This document shows positions 51,944-64,000 of a stretch of DNA of 64,000 bases, in pieces (within the stretch, counting starts at the first letter, position 1; every line of letters starts with the position of its first letter). The notes beneath the pieces are model-generated. The model was not told where the DNA came from, did no database searches, and saw only the letters and a program-made list of their open reading frames with translations. Location of the stretch: contig OY969695.1 of the NCBI GenBank assembly GCA_963701965.1, positions 1,440,001-1,504,000 of the forward strand, given 5' to 3'. This stretch comes from an uncultured Gemmatimonadales bacterium (GTDB lineage Bacteria > Gemmatimonadota > Gemmatimonadetes > Gemmatimonadales > Gemmatimonadaceae). The translations under genes were made by a program, and so were the position numbers.

Positions 51944-52941
51944 CGGTATGGCGGGACAGCGGCGCGACGTCCACATCCTGATCGTGGACGACCACCCGGA
52001 CAACGTCGACCTACTGCGTGACCGTCTGGAGGCCCGGGGTTACGGCACGCTGGTCGCCCGCGATGGAGAAGAGGCGCTGGCGGCCGCCGGGGTTCTCGGA
52101 CCGCCGCCGGATGGCGTGCTGCCCGATCTGATCCTGCTCGACGTCATGCTCCCCAAGGTCGACGGGATCGAGGTGGCGCGGCGGATCAAGGCCAGCAAGG
52201 CCCTGCCCTTCACGCCGATCATCATGCAGACCGCGCTCGACTCCACCCAGGACAAGGTTCTGGGACTCAATGCCGGCGCCGACGACTACATCACGAAGCC
52301 GATCAACTTCGCCGAGTTGGAGGCGCGGGTCCGGTCGCTGCTCCGGATCAAGTCGCTGCAGGACGAGGTCGAGCGCCAGTCACGCGAGCTGTCGACGATG
52401 AACGACCAGTTGCGCCGGATCTCGCAGACCGACCCGCTCACCGAGATCGACAACCGTCGCTATATCGAGGAACGCCTCGAGGAAACGTTCGCGCACGCCA
52501 AGCGCCTCCAGGAGCCGTTCTCGTGCATCATGTGCGATCTCGACAAATTCAAGAGCGTCAATGATACGCACGGGCACCAGGCGGGGGACGCGGTGCTCCG
52601 CCAGCTCGCCCAGATCCTGAAAGTCGAAGCCCGCGAAATCGACCGGGTGGGCCGGTACGGCGGCGAGGAGTTCATGCTCCTCCTGCCCGGGGCCGCCCCG
52701 GAAGTCGCGGTGAGCTTGGCGGAAAGGGTGCGGAAATCGGTGGAGCAACATACATTTGCGTTCGAAGGCGGCAGCGTCCGACGCACGATCAGTTGCGGCG
52801 TGGCCGGGTGGCCACACCATTTGATCGGCAACGTCGACGCTCTGGTGCGCGCCGCCGACAACGCCTTGTATGTCGCAAAGGAGACGGGCCGGAACCTCGT
52901 CATCCGCTTCGACAGCCCGGAATATCTCTCTCATATCGCCC

Positions 52942-55766
<2,825 letters not shown>

Positions 55767-55785
55767 GTCTGGTTAGGTTAACCCC

Positions 55786-56348
55786 ATGTCACAGTCTCTC
55801 GATCTCGCCCATCACCGAATGCTGGCGCTCACCCGCGCCTCGCTGGCGGCGCTGCGCGCGGCCCTCGTGCGGGACGCCGGCCCGGCGGCCGCCACGTATC
55901 TCCAGGAAGCCGGGTATGCCGGCGGCGAGCAGCTCTTCGCGTCCTTCACGTCCTGGCTCGAAGCCCGGGGGATCGGGGCGCCCGAGGACCTGGACCTGCC
56001 ATCGTTCGAGCAGCAGGCGACCGAATACTTCCGCGATGCCGGCTGGGGGTCGCTGGCGATCGGCACCCTACGCGACGCCGTGGCCACGCTCGATTCATCC
56101 GACTGGGGCGAGGCCGACCCGGCGGCGCATCTCGATCATCCCGGGTGCTATCTGACCACCGGCATGTTTGCCGAGTTCTTCGGCCGCATCGCGGACCACC
56201 CGCTGGCCGTCCTGGAAGTCGAGTGCCGTTCCGCGGGCGCCCCGCGGTGCCGATTCCTGATCGGCAACGCGGAGGTCATGGGACACGTGTACGACGAGAA
56301 TGGGCGTGGGGCGGAGCTACGAGAATGGCCGTCGAGGCCGTGGAGTAG
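55786..56348 (+). CDS. V4R domain protein (apparent frameshift near the 3' end)
   Basis: GWG, GCY...LEVECRSAGAPRCRF. Removing one A from each GAGAATG (56296, 56321) gives ...YDEMGVGRSYEMAVEAVE, ending before the convergent gene. Confidence 0.8.
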
Positions 56349-56364
56349 GGCGACTCCGGTACGG

Positions 56365-56880
56365 TTACAACCCCTCGTACATCGGGTTGGGCAACAGCTC
56401 GCCGTCCACGAGAACTTCCCGGTCCCAGGGGAGTACGATCGTGCTCTCGGTCGCAAGCGCGTAGAAATCCGGCTCATAGCTGCCTGTCTTGAAGCTCACC
56501 GCCGTCCGCACGGTGGACGCGCCCGCGTTCACGATGGCCGCGACGGCGAGGCGCATGGTGGCCCCGGAATCGCACGTCTCATCGACGATCAGCACGCGGC
56601 GCCCGCGCACTTCGGGCGGTGCCGCCCCCAGCACCGCGGGCGTCTCCCGCACCGTTTGCGCCTTGTATCGCCGGCTGACCATGATCGAATGAAACTCGCG
56701 ATCCAGGATCGCCGAGACCACGGCGGCCGGCACGACGCCGGCCGTCGCCACGCCGACCACCAGCTCCGGGTCGTAGGCGCGCGAGACCTTCAGCGCCAGC
56801 GCGCGGGACAGCTCGCCGAAGAAAGGCCATTCAATGTGCATGACCCCCTTCGTATGGTCGACGACATATCGGCGCGGCAT
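56365..56880 (-). CDS. Type I phosphoribosyltransferase
   Basis: VLIVDETCDSGATM PRPP-binding motif, IVLPW. Confidence 0.9.
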   Translation of the reverse strand: MPRRYVVDHTKGVMHIEWPFFGELSRALALKVSRAYDPELVVGVATAGVVPAAVVSAILDREFHSIMVSRRYKAQTVRETPAVLGAAPPEVRGRRVLIVDETCDSGATMRLAVAAIVNAGASTVRTAVSFKTGSYEPDFYALATESTIVLPWDREVLVDGELLPNPMYEGL

Positions 56881-56915
56881 GGTGTATAAGCTATCCGCTC
56901 CCTACCTTTGGCACT

Positions 56916-57347
56916 ATGTCCTGGTTGAGCCGTCTGCTCGGCAAGCCCGACGGGCCCAAGCCACAGCGCCTGGACTATCTGAGCGAGGCGTTGGCGCTCG
57001 AACGCCAGGGCGACTTCGACGCCGCGCTGACGTCGTACCAACTGGCGCTGCGCGACCAACCGAACGACCATCGCGTGCTGCAAAACCTGGCGATCGCGTA
57101 CTCCAAGACCGGCCGCTTGGAGGACGCCGTCCGTTGCTATCGCCGGGCCCTGGAGGTCCAGCCGCAGCTCGCCGGCGCCCACTACGGCCTCGCCTTCCTG
57201 CTGCTCAAGCGCGGCGACCGGGAAGGCGCCGAGAAGCATCTGCACCGATTCCTCGAGCATCGGCCGCACGGCGCGGAGGCCGACCGGTGGGTGAAGCACG
57301 CCGAGGAAACTCTCGACGGCATGCGGTTGAACCCCGAGAGCGCCTAG
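56916..57347 (+). CDS. TPR protein
   Basis: VLQNLAIAY and AHYGLAFLL repeats. Confidence 0.85.
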   Translation: MSWLSRLLGKPDGPKPQRLDYLSEALALERQGDFDAALTSYQLALRDQPNDHRVLQNLAIAYSKTGRLEDAVRCYRRALEVQPQLAGAHYGLAFLLLKRGDREGAEKHLHRFLEHRPHGAEADRWVKHAEETLDGMRLNPESA

Positions 57348-58114
57348 TGGGCAACGTGCTCGCCGTCGTCAGCCAAAAGGGCGGCGTCGGCAAGACGACG
57401 ACGGCCGTCAATCTCGCCGCGGCGTTCGCCCGCCGCGGACTCAAGACGCTCATCGTCGACGTCGATCCCCAGGGGTCGGTGCGGTTTGGAGCCGGCTTGC
57501 GCCGCGGCGCGCCCAGCTACGGGTTTTTCGAATACCTGCACGGCCAACGCAAGCTGCGCGAGATCATTCTCCCCACGCAGTTGCCCTGGCTCCGCGTGAT
57601 GCTGGTGGGGACCGTGTCGGACATGGCGAACCACTCGGACTATCAGCATATGGTCGCCGACACGAACATGTTGCACAATGTCCTGGCCGAAGCGCGGGCG
57701 CGCTGCGACATCGTGATTGTCGACACGCCGCCGGGCCTGGGGCCGGTCGTGCGGCGCACGCTGGAGGCCAGCCAGCACGTCGTCGTGCCGCTGCAATGCG
57801 AGCCGCTGGCGCTCCAGACGACGCCCCAGATCCTGCGGGCGATCCAGGACATCGTGGCCTGCAACCCCGAGCTCACGCTGGACGGCATCCTGCTCACAAT
57901 GTACGAGCCGGCGAGCGCCGCGTGCATCCGGGTCGCCGACTACGTGCGCAAGCACCTGCCGGCGAACATGGTGTTCGATACCGTGGTGCCCCGCACGGTC
58001 GCCGCCGCCAATGCGTTCGCCGCGGGCCAACCGGTCGTGCTCCGGACCCCCGCCGACGCCGCCGCGCAGTCCTACGTCAATCTGGCAACGCTGCTGGCCG
58101 AACGGTTCGCATGA
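57347..58114 (+). CDS. ParA/Soj family ATPase
   Basis: KGGVGKTTT, DVDPQG, IVDTPP, VPLQCE. Confidence 0.93.
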   Translation: MGNVLAVVSQKGGVGKTTTAVNLAAAFARRGLKTLIVDVDPQGSVRFGAGLRRGAPSYGFFEYLHGQRKLREIILPTQLPWLRVMLVGTVSDMANHSDYQHMVADTNMLHNVLAEARARCDIVIVDTPPGLGPVVRRTLEASQHVVVPLQCEPLALQTTPQILRAIQDIVACNPELTLDGILLTMYEPASAACIRVADYVRKHLPANMVFDTVVPRTVAAANAFAAGQPVVLRTPADAAAQSYVNLATLLAERFA

Positions 58115-58926
58115 GGCGCGGGGGGCTGCTGTGGGCTGTCGGCGCTCTGATCCTGGCCGCGGCGTGTAACCAGCCGGAATCGAATCCCGCTGTCGTCATC
58201 TCGCTCTTCGTCGACACCGTACCCGCGCCGTCGGTCGTCGCCGGCGACACCATGCGGATCGGCGACAGCACGGCGCTGGGCCAGCTGACCATGCACGCGT
58301 TCAACATCAACGGCACGCCGCTCGACGTGCCGATCTCGTGGATCACGCTCGATCCCGCGGTCGTCACCGTCGATGGCCAAGGCCACGTGTTCGCTTCGAC
58401 CGACTCGGTCCCCGCCATCTCCCGCATCGTCGGTCAGGCCACGGACCTGCAGTCGCTGCCGATCATGATCAACGTGACGTTCCGCCCGGACAGTCTGGCA
58501 TCGGACACGGCGGACACGGCACAGCTGATCCGCGGGGCCTGCGCCGCGCCGATCTCGACCCCGCTCATCGCCCTGCTGCTGCACAAGACGACCTTCGGGG
58601 ACACGCTGGACGGGGTGGATGACTATCTCGTGCACTGGGACATCACGGCGCCCGCGAACCTCGTCGGCAAGCAAACCGGAACCATCGCCGACACGGCGTT
58701 GCTGGCCTTCCTCGTCGACGCCTCGAACAACCCATCGATCCTCGACACGACCAAGAACGGAGGCTTCTCGACCCGCACGTTGGAATTCGGGTCGAGTGCC
58801 TTCGCGAAGTCGCGCATGAACGATACGCTCAAGATTACGCTGCAGGCCACGGCCCGGCTGCACGGCCGTATCTTGCGCGGTCCCGTGCCGGTCCACATCA
58901 CGTTCGTCAACCCCACCACCTGTTGA
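58111..58926 (+). CDS. Hypothetical lipoprotein with Ig-like region
   Basis: Lipobox-like LAAAC after a hydrophobic leader, WITLDPAVVTVDGQG (Big_2-like). ATGA overlap with parA. Confidence 0.75.
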   Translation: MRRGGLLWAVGALILAAACNQPESNPAVVISLFVDTVPAPSVVAGDTMRIGDSTALGQLTMHAFNINGTPLDVPISWITLDPAVVTVDGQGHVFASTDSVPAISRIVGQATDLQSLPIMINVTFRPDSLASDTADTAQLIRGACAAPISTPLIALLLHKTTFGDTLDGVDDYLVHWDITAPANLVGKQTGTIADTALLAFLVDASNNPSILDTTKNGGFSTRTLEFGSSAFAKSRMNDTLKITLQATARLHGRILRGPVPVHITFVNPTTC

Positions 58927-58930
58927 CCCT

Positions 58931-60760
58931 ATGCGCACGCCCGGCACGCTCAACGCGCTGTTCTTCAATGCGATCGCGCAGTATGACCGGCCGGATGCGT
59001 TGCAGTTCAAACGCGACGGCGTCTACGTGCCGATCTCGCACCGCGACCTGGAACGTCGGGTGCGGCACGTGGCCCTGGGGTTGGGCGCGGCCGGCTGCCG
59101 CCCGGGCGATCGCGTCGCGATCCTGTCCGAGAATCGGCCCGAGTGGGCCATCGCCGACTTCGCGTGCTTGACCGGCGGCTTCACCGACGTCCCGGTCTAT
59201 CCGAATCTGCCCGCCGAGCAACTCCCGTTCATCCTGAATGATGCCGGTGTCGTCGCCGCGTTCGTGTCGACGGCCGCGCAGGCGGCCAAGATCGGCGGGG
59301 TGCGGTCACAGCTCCCGGGGCTCAAGATCGTCTGCGCATGCGAGGGCCCGGTGCCGGGCGCCGACTGCACCTTCGCGGATCTGGAGGCGCGGGGCGCGGC
59401 GATCGACACGCCGGCCGCCGCCGACGCGTATCGCCGGCAGGCGCTCGCGGTCCAACCGCACGACCTGGCCACGATCATCTACACATCCGGGACGACGGGC
59501 GAGCCCAAGGGCGTGATGCTGAGTCACGACAACATCTTCTCCAACGTGGACACCTGTCGGCCGCTGGTGCCACCCGAGGAGAACGCGGTCGTCCTCAGCT
59601 TTCTGCCGCTCTCGCACATCTTCGAGCGGATGGGCGACTATCTCATGTTCAGCGCCGGCGCGTCGATCGCCTACGCCGAGTCGATCGATACGCTCGCCCG
59701 GAATCTCCTGGAGACGCGGCCGACGCTCATCTTCGCGGCGCCGCGCATCTTCGAGAAGGTGTACGCGGCCACGACCGAGACGGCGCACGCCGGCGGCGCG
59801 CTCAAGTGGCGCATCTTCCTATGGGCGCGCGGCGTGGCCGGACGGGCCGTGGATGAGCGGCTGGCGGGCCGCGCGCCGGGGCCGTGGCTGGCCGCGCAAA
59901 ATGCGCTGGCCCAGCGTCTCGTGTTCTCCAAGCTGCGGGCCCGCCTCGGCGGTCGGCTCGCCAACGCGGTCTCGGGCAGCGCGCCGCTGGCGGTCGAGAT
60001 CAACAAATTCTTCTCCGCCGCCGGCGTCCGGATCCTGGAAGGGTACGGGTTGACGGAGACATCGCCCGTGATCGCGGTGAACCTGCCGGACGCGAATCGC
60101 GTGGGGACGGTCGGACGGCCGCTCCCGGGCATCGACGTCTCGATCGCGGCCGACGGCGAGATTCTGGCGCGCGGGCCCAACATCATGTTGGGCTACTACA
60201 ATCGGCCCGAGGCCACGCGCGAGGCCATCGACGCTGATGGATGGTTCCACACTGGCGACATCGGCGAGTTGCGCAATGGGTACCTCACCATCACCGACCG
60301 CAAGAAGGATCTGATCAAGACCGCCGGTGGCAAAGCGATCGCGCCGCAGCCGATCGAGAACATCGTGCGGCAAAACCGGTTCGTCAGTCAGGCCGTCATG
60401 ATCGGCGACCGCCGCAAGTTCGCGGCAATGCTCGTCGTGCCCAACTTCGCTCAACTCGAGAAATGGGCGAGCCAGCAAGGCATCGCCGCCGACGGACGCG
60501 CCGCGCTCATCGCCAATCCGGCCGTCGTCGAGAAGATGCAACAGGAAGTCTTGGGGCACCTACAAGGATTGGCGCGCTTCGAGACGCCGAAGAAAGTCGC
60601 GCTCCTGGAGCACGACTTCACCGTCGAGCGCGGAGAGCTGACGCCGACCCTCAAAGTGCGGCGCCGCGTCATCAATGCGCGCTACCAGGACGTCATCGAC
60701 GCCCTGTATGCGGGCGCCACGGACGAGGGGGCGGCGCACCACGCCGCCCCCTCGCACTAA
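58931..60760 (+). CDS. Long-chain fatty acid--CoA ligase (AMP-binding)
   Basis: YTSGTTGEPKG, EGYGLTETSP, GWFHTGDIG, ELTPTLK. Confidence 0.95.
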   Translation: MRTPGTLNALFFNAIAQYDRPDALQFKRDGVYVPISHRDLERRVRHVALGLGAAGCRPGDRVAILSENRPEWAIADFACLTGGFTDVPVYPNLPAEQLPFILNDAGVVAAFVSTAAQAAKIGGVRSQLPGLKIVCACEGPVPGADCTFADLEARGAAIDTPAAADAYRRQALAVQPHDLATIIYTSGTTGEPKGVMLSHDNIFSNVDTCRPLVPPEENAVVLSFLPLSHIFERMGDYLMFSAGASIAYAESIDTLARNLLETRPTLIFAAPRIFEKVYAATTETAHAGGALKWRIFLWARGVAGRAVDERLAGRAPGPWLAAQNALAQRLVFSKLRARLGGRLANAVSGSAPLAVEINKFFSAAGVRILEGYGLTETSPVIAVNLPDANRVGTVGRPLPGIDVSIAADGEILARGPNIMLGYYNRPEATREAIDADGWFHTGDIGELRNGYLTITDRKKDLIKTAGGKAIAPQPIENIVRQNRFVSQAVMIGDRRKFAAMLVVPNFAQLEKWASQQGIAADGRAALIANPAVVEKMQQEVLGHLQGLARFETPKKVALLEHDFTVERGELTPTLKVRRRVINARYQDVIDALYAGATDEGAAHHAAPSH

Positions 60761-60763
60761 CCC

Positions 60764-60964
60764 CTAGCGATCGAGATCGTCGGCGTCGCCGTCGGGGCGG
60801 TCGCGCTGACCGGGCTGATTGGGCCGCGTACCGCCCGTGCCCTGCCCGGCACCGCTCTTGCCACCGCCGGTCCCGCCGCCCTGGCGGCCCGGGTCCGACA
60901 TCGGATCCTTCGCCGGGTTCAGAGGATCTTTAACGGGATCCTTGCGCTCTTTGTTGTCGGGCAT
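60764..60964 (-). CDS. Small disordered hypothetical protein (66 aa)
   Basis: GGAGG RBS before ATG 60964; MPDNKERKDPVKDPLNPAKDPMSDP... Confidence 0.55.
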   Translation of the reverse strand: MPDNKERKDPVKDPLNPAKDPMSDPGRQGGGTGGGKSGAGQGTGGTRPNQPGQRDRPDGDADDLDR

Positions 60965-61025
60965 GCTTCCCTCCAAGGAGACTGCGTGCTGCTCGGAGGC
61001 TAGAAAGGCAAGAGCGGGACCACCC

Positions 61026-61640
61026 TCACCGCCGAGCCCGCCCCAGAGGGACCGGCCCGCTGGCGTCGCCGATCGCTTCGCCAACCCAAAACGCGTCGTC
61101 GCGCGCGATCTCCGCGATGCGCGCCGGCACCGGCACGGCAACGGGCGCGACGTAGCGGCCGCGCGCCGCCAACGCGGCGACAATGCCATCGAGCGCCGCC
61201 GTGTCCGCGTCGACCGCCGCGGCGCGGAGCGCGCGTGCCGCGACCGGTAACACGCGATCGGTGTACACGATCGACACGCGCTCGCTCTCCACCAGAGGCG
61301 CGGACGCGGGATTGACGACAACGACGAGGGCTTCGCCGATCTCACTGACGCCGGCGGCGTGCGCCGACCACCCGCCGCCCACCAAGACCACGCCGCCACT
61401 GCGCTCGAGCCCCATCATCGCGGCGAGGTGCAACAACGGCGCATCGATCGGAGGTCTCCCAAAATGCATGGCCGCGAACTGCACCGCGCCGTCGACTACG
61501 GCGTACTCGGCTTCGCATACCGGACAACCGAGCACGCCGGCGATCACGTGGCGCCCGCGCGTCCGATCCGCGGCCAGCACGAGCGCCGACTCCTCGTGTG
61601 GCCGCGGACAACGGAGGGCGGGAATCAGATCGAGGTGCAC
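61026..61640 (-). CDS. Hypothetical protein with Trm112-like N-terminus
   Basis: LRCP...GVLGCPVCEAEYAVVDG. Overlaps the SDR stop. Confidence 0.7.
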   Translation of the reverse strand: MHLDLIPALRCPRPHEESALVLAADRTRGRHVIAGVLGCPVCEAEYAVVDGAVQFAAMHFGRPPIDAPLLHLAAMMGLERSGGVVLVGGGWSAHAAGVSEIGEALVVVVNPASAPLVESERVSIVYTDRVLPVAARALRAAAVDADTAALDGIVAALAARGRYVAPVAVPVPARIAEIARDDAFWVGEAIGDASGPVPLGRARR

Positions 61641-62356
61641 GCCGACAGGCGCAACTCGTCAATGGCGACGCCGCGGGGACGCGTGAGCGCGAAGACGATC
61701 GCCTCGGCCACCGCGTCCGCCGATAGCATGGCGGCGCGCGGTGGCACGCCGGAATGCCGCTCCAGATCGATCGCGTCCCACAGCGCGGTGTCGACCGCGG
61801 CCGGCGACACCAGCGTCGCGCGCACGCCGCTGCCCCGCAACTCCTCCCGCAAGACCTCGTGCAACCCGCGCGCGGCGAACTTGCTCGCCGCATAGGCGCC
61901 GTTCTCCGGGAAGGCGATGCGATCGGCCACCGATCCCACGGTCACAATGTCCCCGTGGCCGCGCGCGCGCATCGCCGGCAACAACGCCCGCGCCAGGCGA
62001 AACGGCGCGCCGACATTCAGGGCCATGATCGTATCGAAAACCGCGGGCTCGGTATCCTCGACGCGCGCCAGGGTGAAGGCGCCGGCCACGTTCACGAGCG
62101 CGTCCGGCGTCCCGCCCAACCCCGCCGTGGCCCACGCCACGATCCGGTCGACGGCGCCGGGCTCGGCGAGATCCGCGGCCGCGGACAGCGCCCCGGGCAC
62201 CGCGTGGCGCGAGACGATGGCCACCCGCGTGCCGACCCGCGCCAGCGCCTGCGCCACGGCGGCTCCAATGCCACGAGAGCCACCGGTGACGAGCGCGGTC
62301 GCAGGCGCGATCGCGGGTCCGTTAGCGGCCGTTATGGGCGAGACGGAGGAACTCAT
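61625..62356 (-). CDS. Short-chain dehydrogenase/reductase
   Basis: [17 protein letters not shown]. Confidence 0.93.
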   Translation of the reverse strand: MSSSVSPITAANGPAIAPATALVTGGSRGIGAAVAQALARVGTRVAIVSRHAVPGALSAAADLAEPGAVDRIVAWATAGLGGTPDALVNVAGAFTLARVEDTEPAVFDTIMALNVGAPFRLARALLPAMRARGHGDIVTVGSVADRIAFPENGAYAASKFAARGLHEVLREELRGSGVRATLVSPAAVDTALWDAIDLERHSGVPPRAAMLSADAVAEAIVFALTRPRGVAIDELRLSACTSI

Positions 62357-62918
62357 CGCGCGTCTTCGCGTCGTCGCGAAAACTCCCCCGCAGCGAGCTG
62401 GTGATGGTCTTGGAGTTCTGCTTCTCCACGCCGCGCATCATCATGCACAGATGCTGGGCTTCGATGACGACGCCGATCCCCCGGGGCTTGAGCTCCGTCT
62501 CCAGGGCCCGGGCGATCTGCTCCGTCATCCGCTCCTGCACCTGCAACCGGCGGGCGAAGACGTCGACGACGCGCGCCACCTTGGAGAGCCCGACGATCCG
62601 CCCATTGGGGATATAGGCCACGTGGGCGCGGCCAAAAAAGGGCAACAGGTGGTGCTCGCACAACGAGTACAGCTCGATGTCGCGCACCATGACCATGCTC
62701 TCGTGCGTTTCGTCGAAGAGCGCGTCGCCAATGACCTGCGCCGCATCCATGGCGTACCCACGGGTCAGAAAGCGCAGAGCCTTGGCGACCCGTACCGGCG
62801 TCTTGAGCAGTCCGTTGCGTTCGGGATTCTCGCCGAGGAGCTCCAACTGCCGGCGCACGAGCCTCGCCAGCTCCTGTTCAGTGGCATCCGCGACGTCAGT
62901 CGCGCTCGAGTCGGCCAT
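62322..62918 (-). CDS. folE: GTP cyclohydrolase I
   Basis: [28 protein letters not shown]. Confidence 0.98.
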   Translation of the reverse strand: MADSSATDVADATEQELARLVRRQLELLGENPERNGLLKTPVRVAKALRFLTRGYAMDAAQVIGDALFDETHESMVMVRDIELYSLCEHHLLPFFGRAHVAYIPNGRIVGLSKVARVVDVFARRLQVQERMTEQIARALETELKPRGIGVVIEAQHLCMMMRGVEKQNSKTITSSLRGSFRDDAKTRDEFLRLAHNGR

Positions 62919-62937
62919 AGTGCATATATTAACGCCT

Positions 62938-62976
62938 GAAACGCGAGAAGCTCCGCCTGAGGGGCGGAGCTTCTCG
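62938..62976 (-). terminator. Terminator hairpin downstream of 6S RNA
   Basis: Perfect 14-bp inverted repeat CGAGAAGCTCCGCC/GGCGGAGCTTCTCG followed by CGTTT. Confidence 0.75.
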
Positions 62977-62984
62977 AACGAGGT

Positions 62985-63135
62985 GGAACGAAGAGGGGTT
63001 TTTGAAGCCCTGTCGAATGTATGAGGTCCTCACCACACTTTCCGCCTTCCCCGCACTGGGGCATGACGTCGGCATAGATTGTCGAACCCACCCGGAGGAC
63101 TTATCGGCTCAAAAATTAAGCCTCTCCGCCCCGTC
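62985..63135 (-). ncRNA. ssrS: 6S RNA
   Basis: Long rod: GGAGAGG..TTTTTGAGCC pairs with GGCTTCAAAAA..CCTCTT, plus inner GTCCTC/GAGGAC. TGAGCCGATA and ACATTC match 6S conserved segments as I recall them. Has its own promoter and terminator. Ends approximate. Confidence 0.8.
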
Positions 63136-63149
63136 ATATTCTGCACAGC

Positions 63150-63179
63150 AAGCTAACGACCTTTCACAGGACGAGTCAA
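63150..63179 (-). promoter_or_regulatory. sigma70 promoter of 6S RNA
   Basis: TTGACT, 18-bp spacer, TAGCTT. Confidence 0.6.
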
Positions 63180-63359
63180 TTGGATTTAGGTATCGTCGCC
63201 GCCGTTCTCATGCTGGTGGTCTGGGGCATCGCCGTGTTCGCCATCAACAATGCGCCAGGCTACGTGCATTTTCTCCTGACGGGCGGGCTTTTTCTGCTGA
63301 TCTGGCGCATCGTCGCGCGCGGCGCGCCGTTCAAGCGCTCCGTCAAACCTCCCAATTAG
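63180..63359 (+). CDS. Small two-TM membrane protein (lmo0937/DUF5670-like)
   Basis: Hand translation from TTG: MDLGIVAAVLMLVVWGIAVFAINNAPGYVHFLLTGGLFLLIWRIVARG...; AGGA upstream. Confidence 0.65.
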   Translation: MDLGIVAAVLMLVVWGIAVFAINNAPGYVHFLLTGGLFLLIWRIVARGAPFKRSVKPPN

Positions 63360-64000
63360 ACCACACGATCCCGGTGACCGCGCGCGGCTCGGACGCGCCG
63401 GCGAGTGACATCCGGAGATCGGTCCACCGCACCCGCGCGCCGAGCGCGATCAATCGCTGGTAGGCTTCAATGTACTCGCCCTGCACGCGGAGCGCGACCC
63501 GCCGCGTGCCGCTCCGCCGCGCGAAATCGGCGAGCGCGCGCACCAGGGGCTCGAGATCGGCGCCGGAACGGAGCACCAGCTTGAGCACGCGGAGCTCATC
63601 GCGGGACCGGCCCTCGACGAGCGGCGCCGTGTGACACAGGGCATAGCCGGCCAGCGTGTCGCCGTCATACAGAAGCACGGTGTCGCCCAGCGCCAGATGA
63701 TCGGTGAGCTTGAGCTCCCGCGTGAAATCATATCCGGGGATCTGCGACCCGACCAACGCGCGGGCCTCCGCCAGGACATCATCCTGCGTCGCCCGCGAGA
63801 GGCGACCGAGGACCGGCGCCGGCTGCTCCGCGGGTGCGGCATCGAGCGTGAGGGTCAGTGTCAGTCGCCCGGGCACCAACCCCAGGCTGGAGTAGAATCC
63901 AATGTTGTCCATCGTGCGCGGCATCGTCTCCAACCCGATGACGCGCGCGCCAGTACGGCCCAGCCAGTCGATGCCGGCCCGCACCAGATCCTTGCCCAGT
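63343..64000 (-). CDS. GNAT family N-acetyltransferase (5' part outside the window)
   Basis: GKDLVRAGIDWL, GLETMP, NIGFYSSLG. Confidence 0.8.
   Translation of the reverse strand, partial: LGKDLVRAGIDWLGRTGARVIGLETMPRTMDNIGFYSSLGLVPGRLTLTLTLDAAPAEQPAPVLGRLSRATQDDVLAEARALVGSQIPGYDFTRELKLTDHLALGDTVLLYDGDTLAGYALCHTAPLVEGRSRDELRVLKLVLRSGADLEPLVRALADFARRSGTRRVALRVQGEYIEAYQRLIALGARVRWTDLRMSLAGASEPRAVTGIVWSNWEV

Noticed and set aside
55786..56889. 367-aa V4R protein with a long C-terminal extension
   Set aside because: The extension is antisense to the phosphoribosyltransferase and disappears after indel correction.

Overview
High-GC bacterial chromosomal segment; the gene content and RpoB/RpoC character suggest Gemmatimonadota (inference, not searched). 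Bases 1-25.3 kb carry the core translation/transcription cluster on the minus strand: cysS, four tRNAs, tuf-rpmG-secE-nusG-rplKAJL-rpoBC, then rpsL-rpsG-fusA. A six-gene MoxR/DUF58/BatA/DUF4159 operon sits between rpoC and rpsL. The rest is mostly housekeeping: pspA locus, uvrA, ABC exporter, ccmEFH, glpK, mtnA, topoisomerase IB, recF-dciA-gyrB, pdp, a REC/GGDEF/GAF module, ligA, orphan parA, acyl-CoA ligase, folE and 6S RNA. No mobile elements or CRISPR arrays were seen. The most notable observations are: (1) a four-gene candidate peptide system of a secreted (C-X7-C)2 peptide, a CxxC oxidoreductase, a degenerate ABC ATPase and a membrane protein; (2) a promoter plus a ~200-nt switch-like structured leader between rpsG and fusA; (3) six apparently frameshifted genes, including essential rpoB and secE, whose breaks all fall at GAG(A)nTG. 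This points to motif-specific sequencing error, possibly caused by a host DNA modification.
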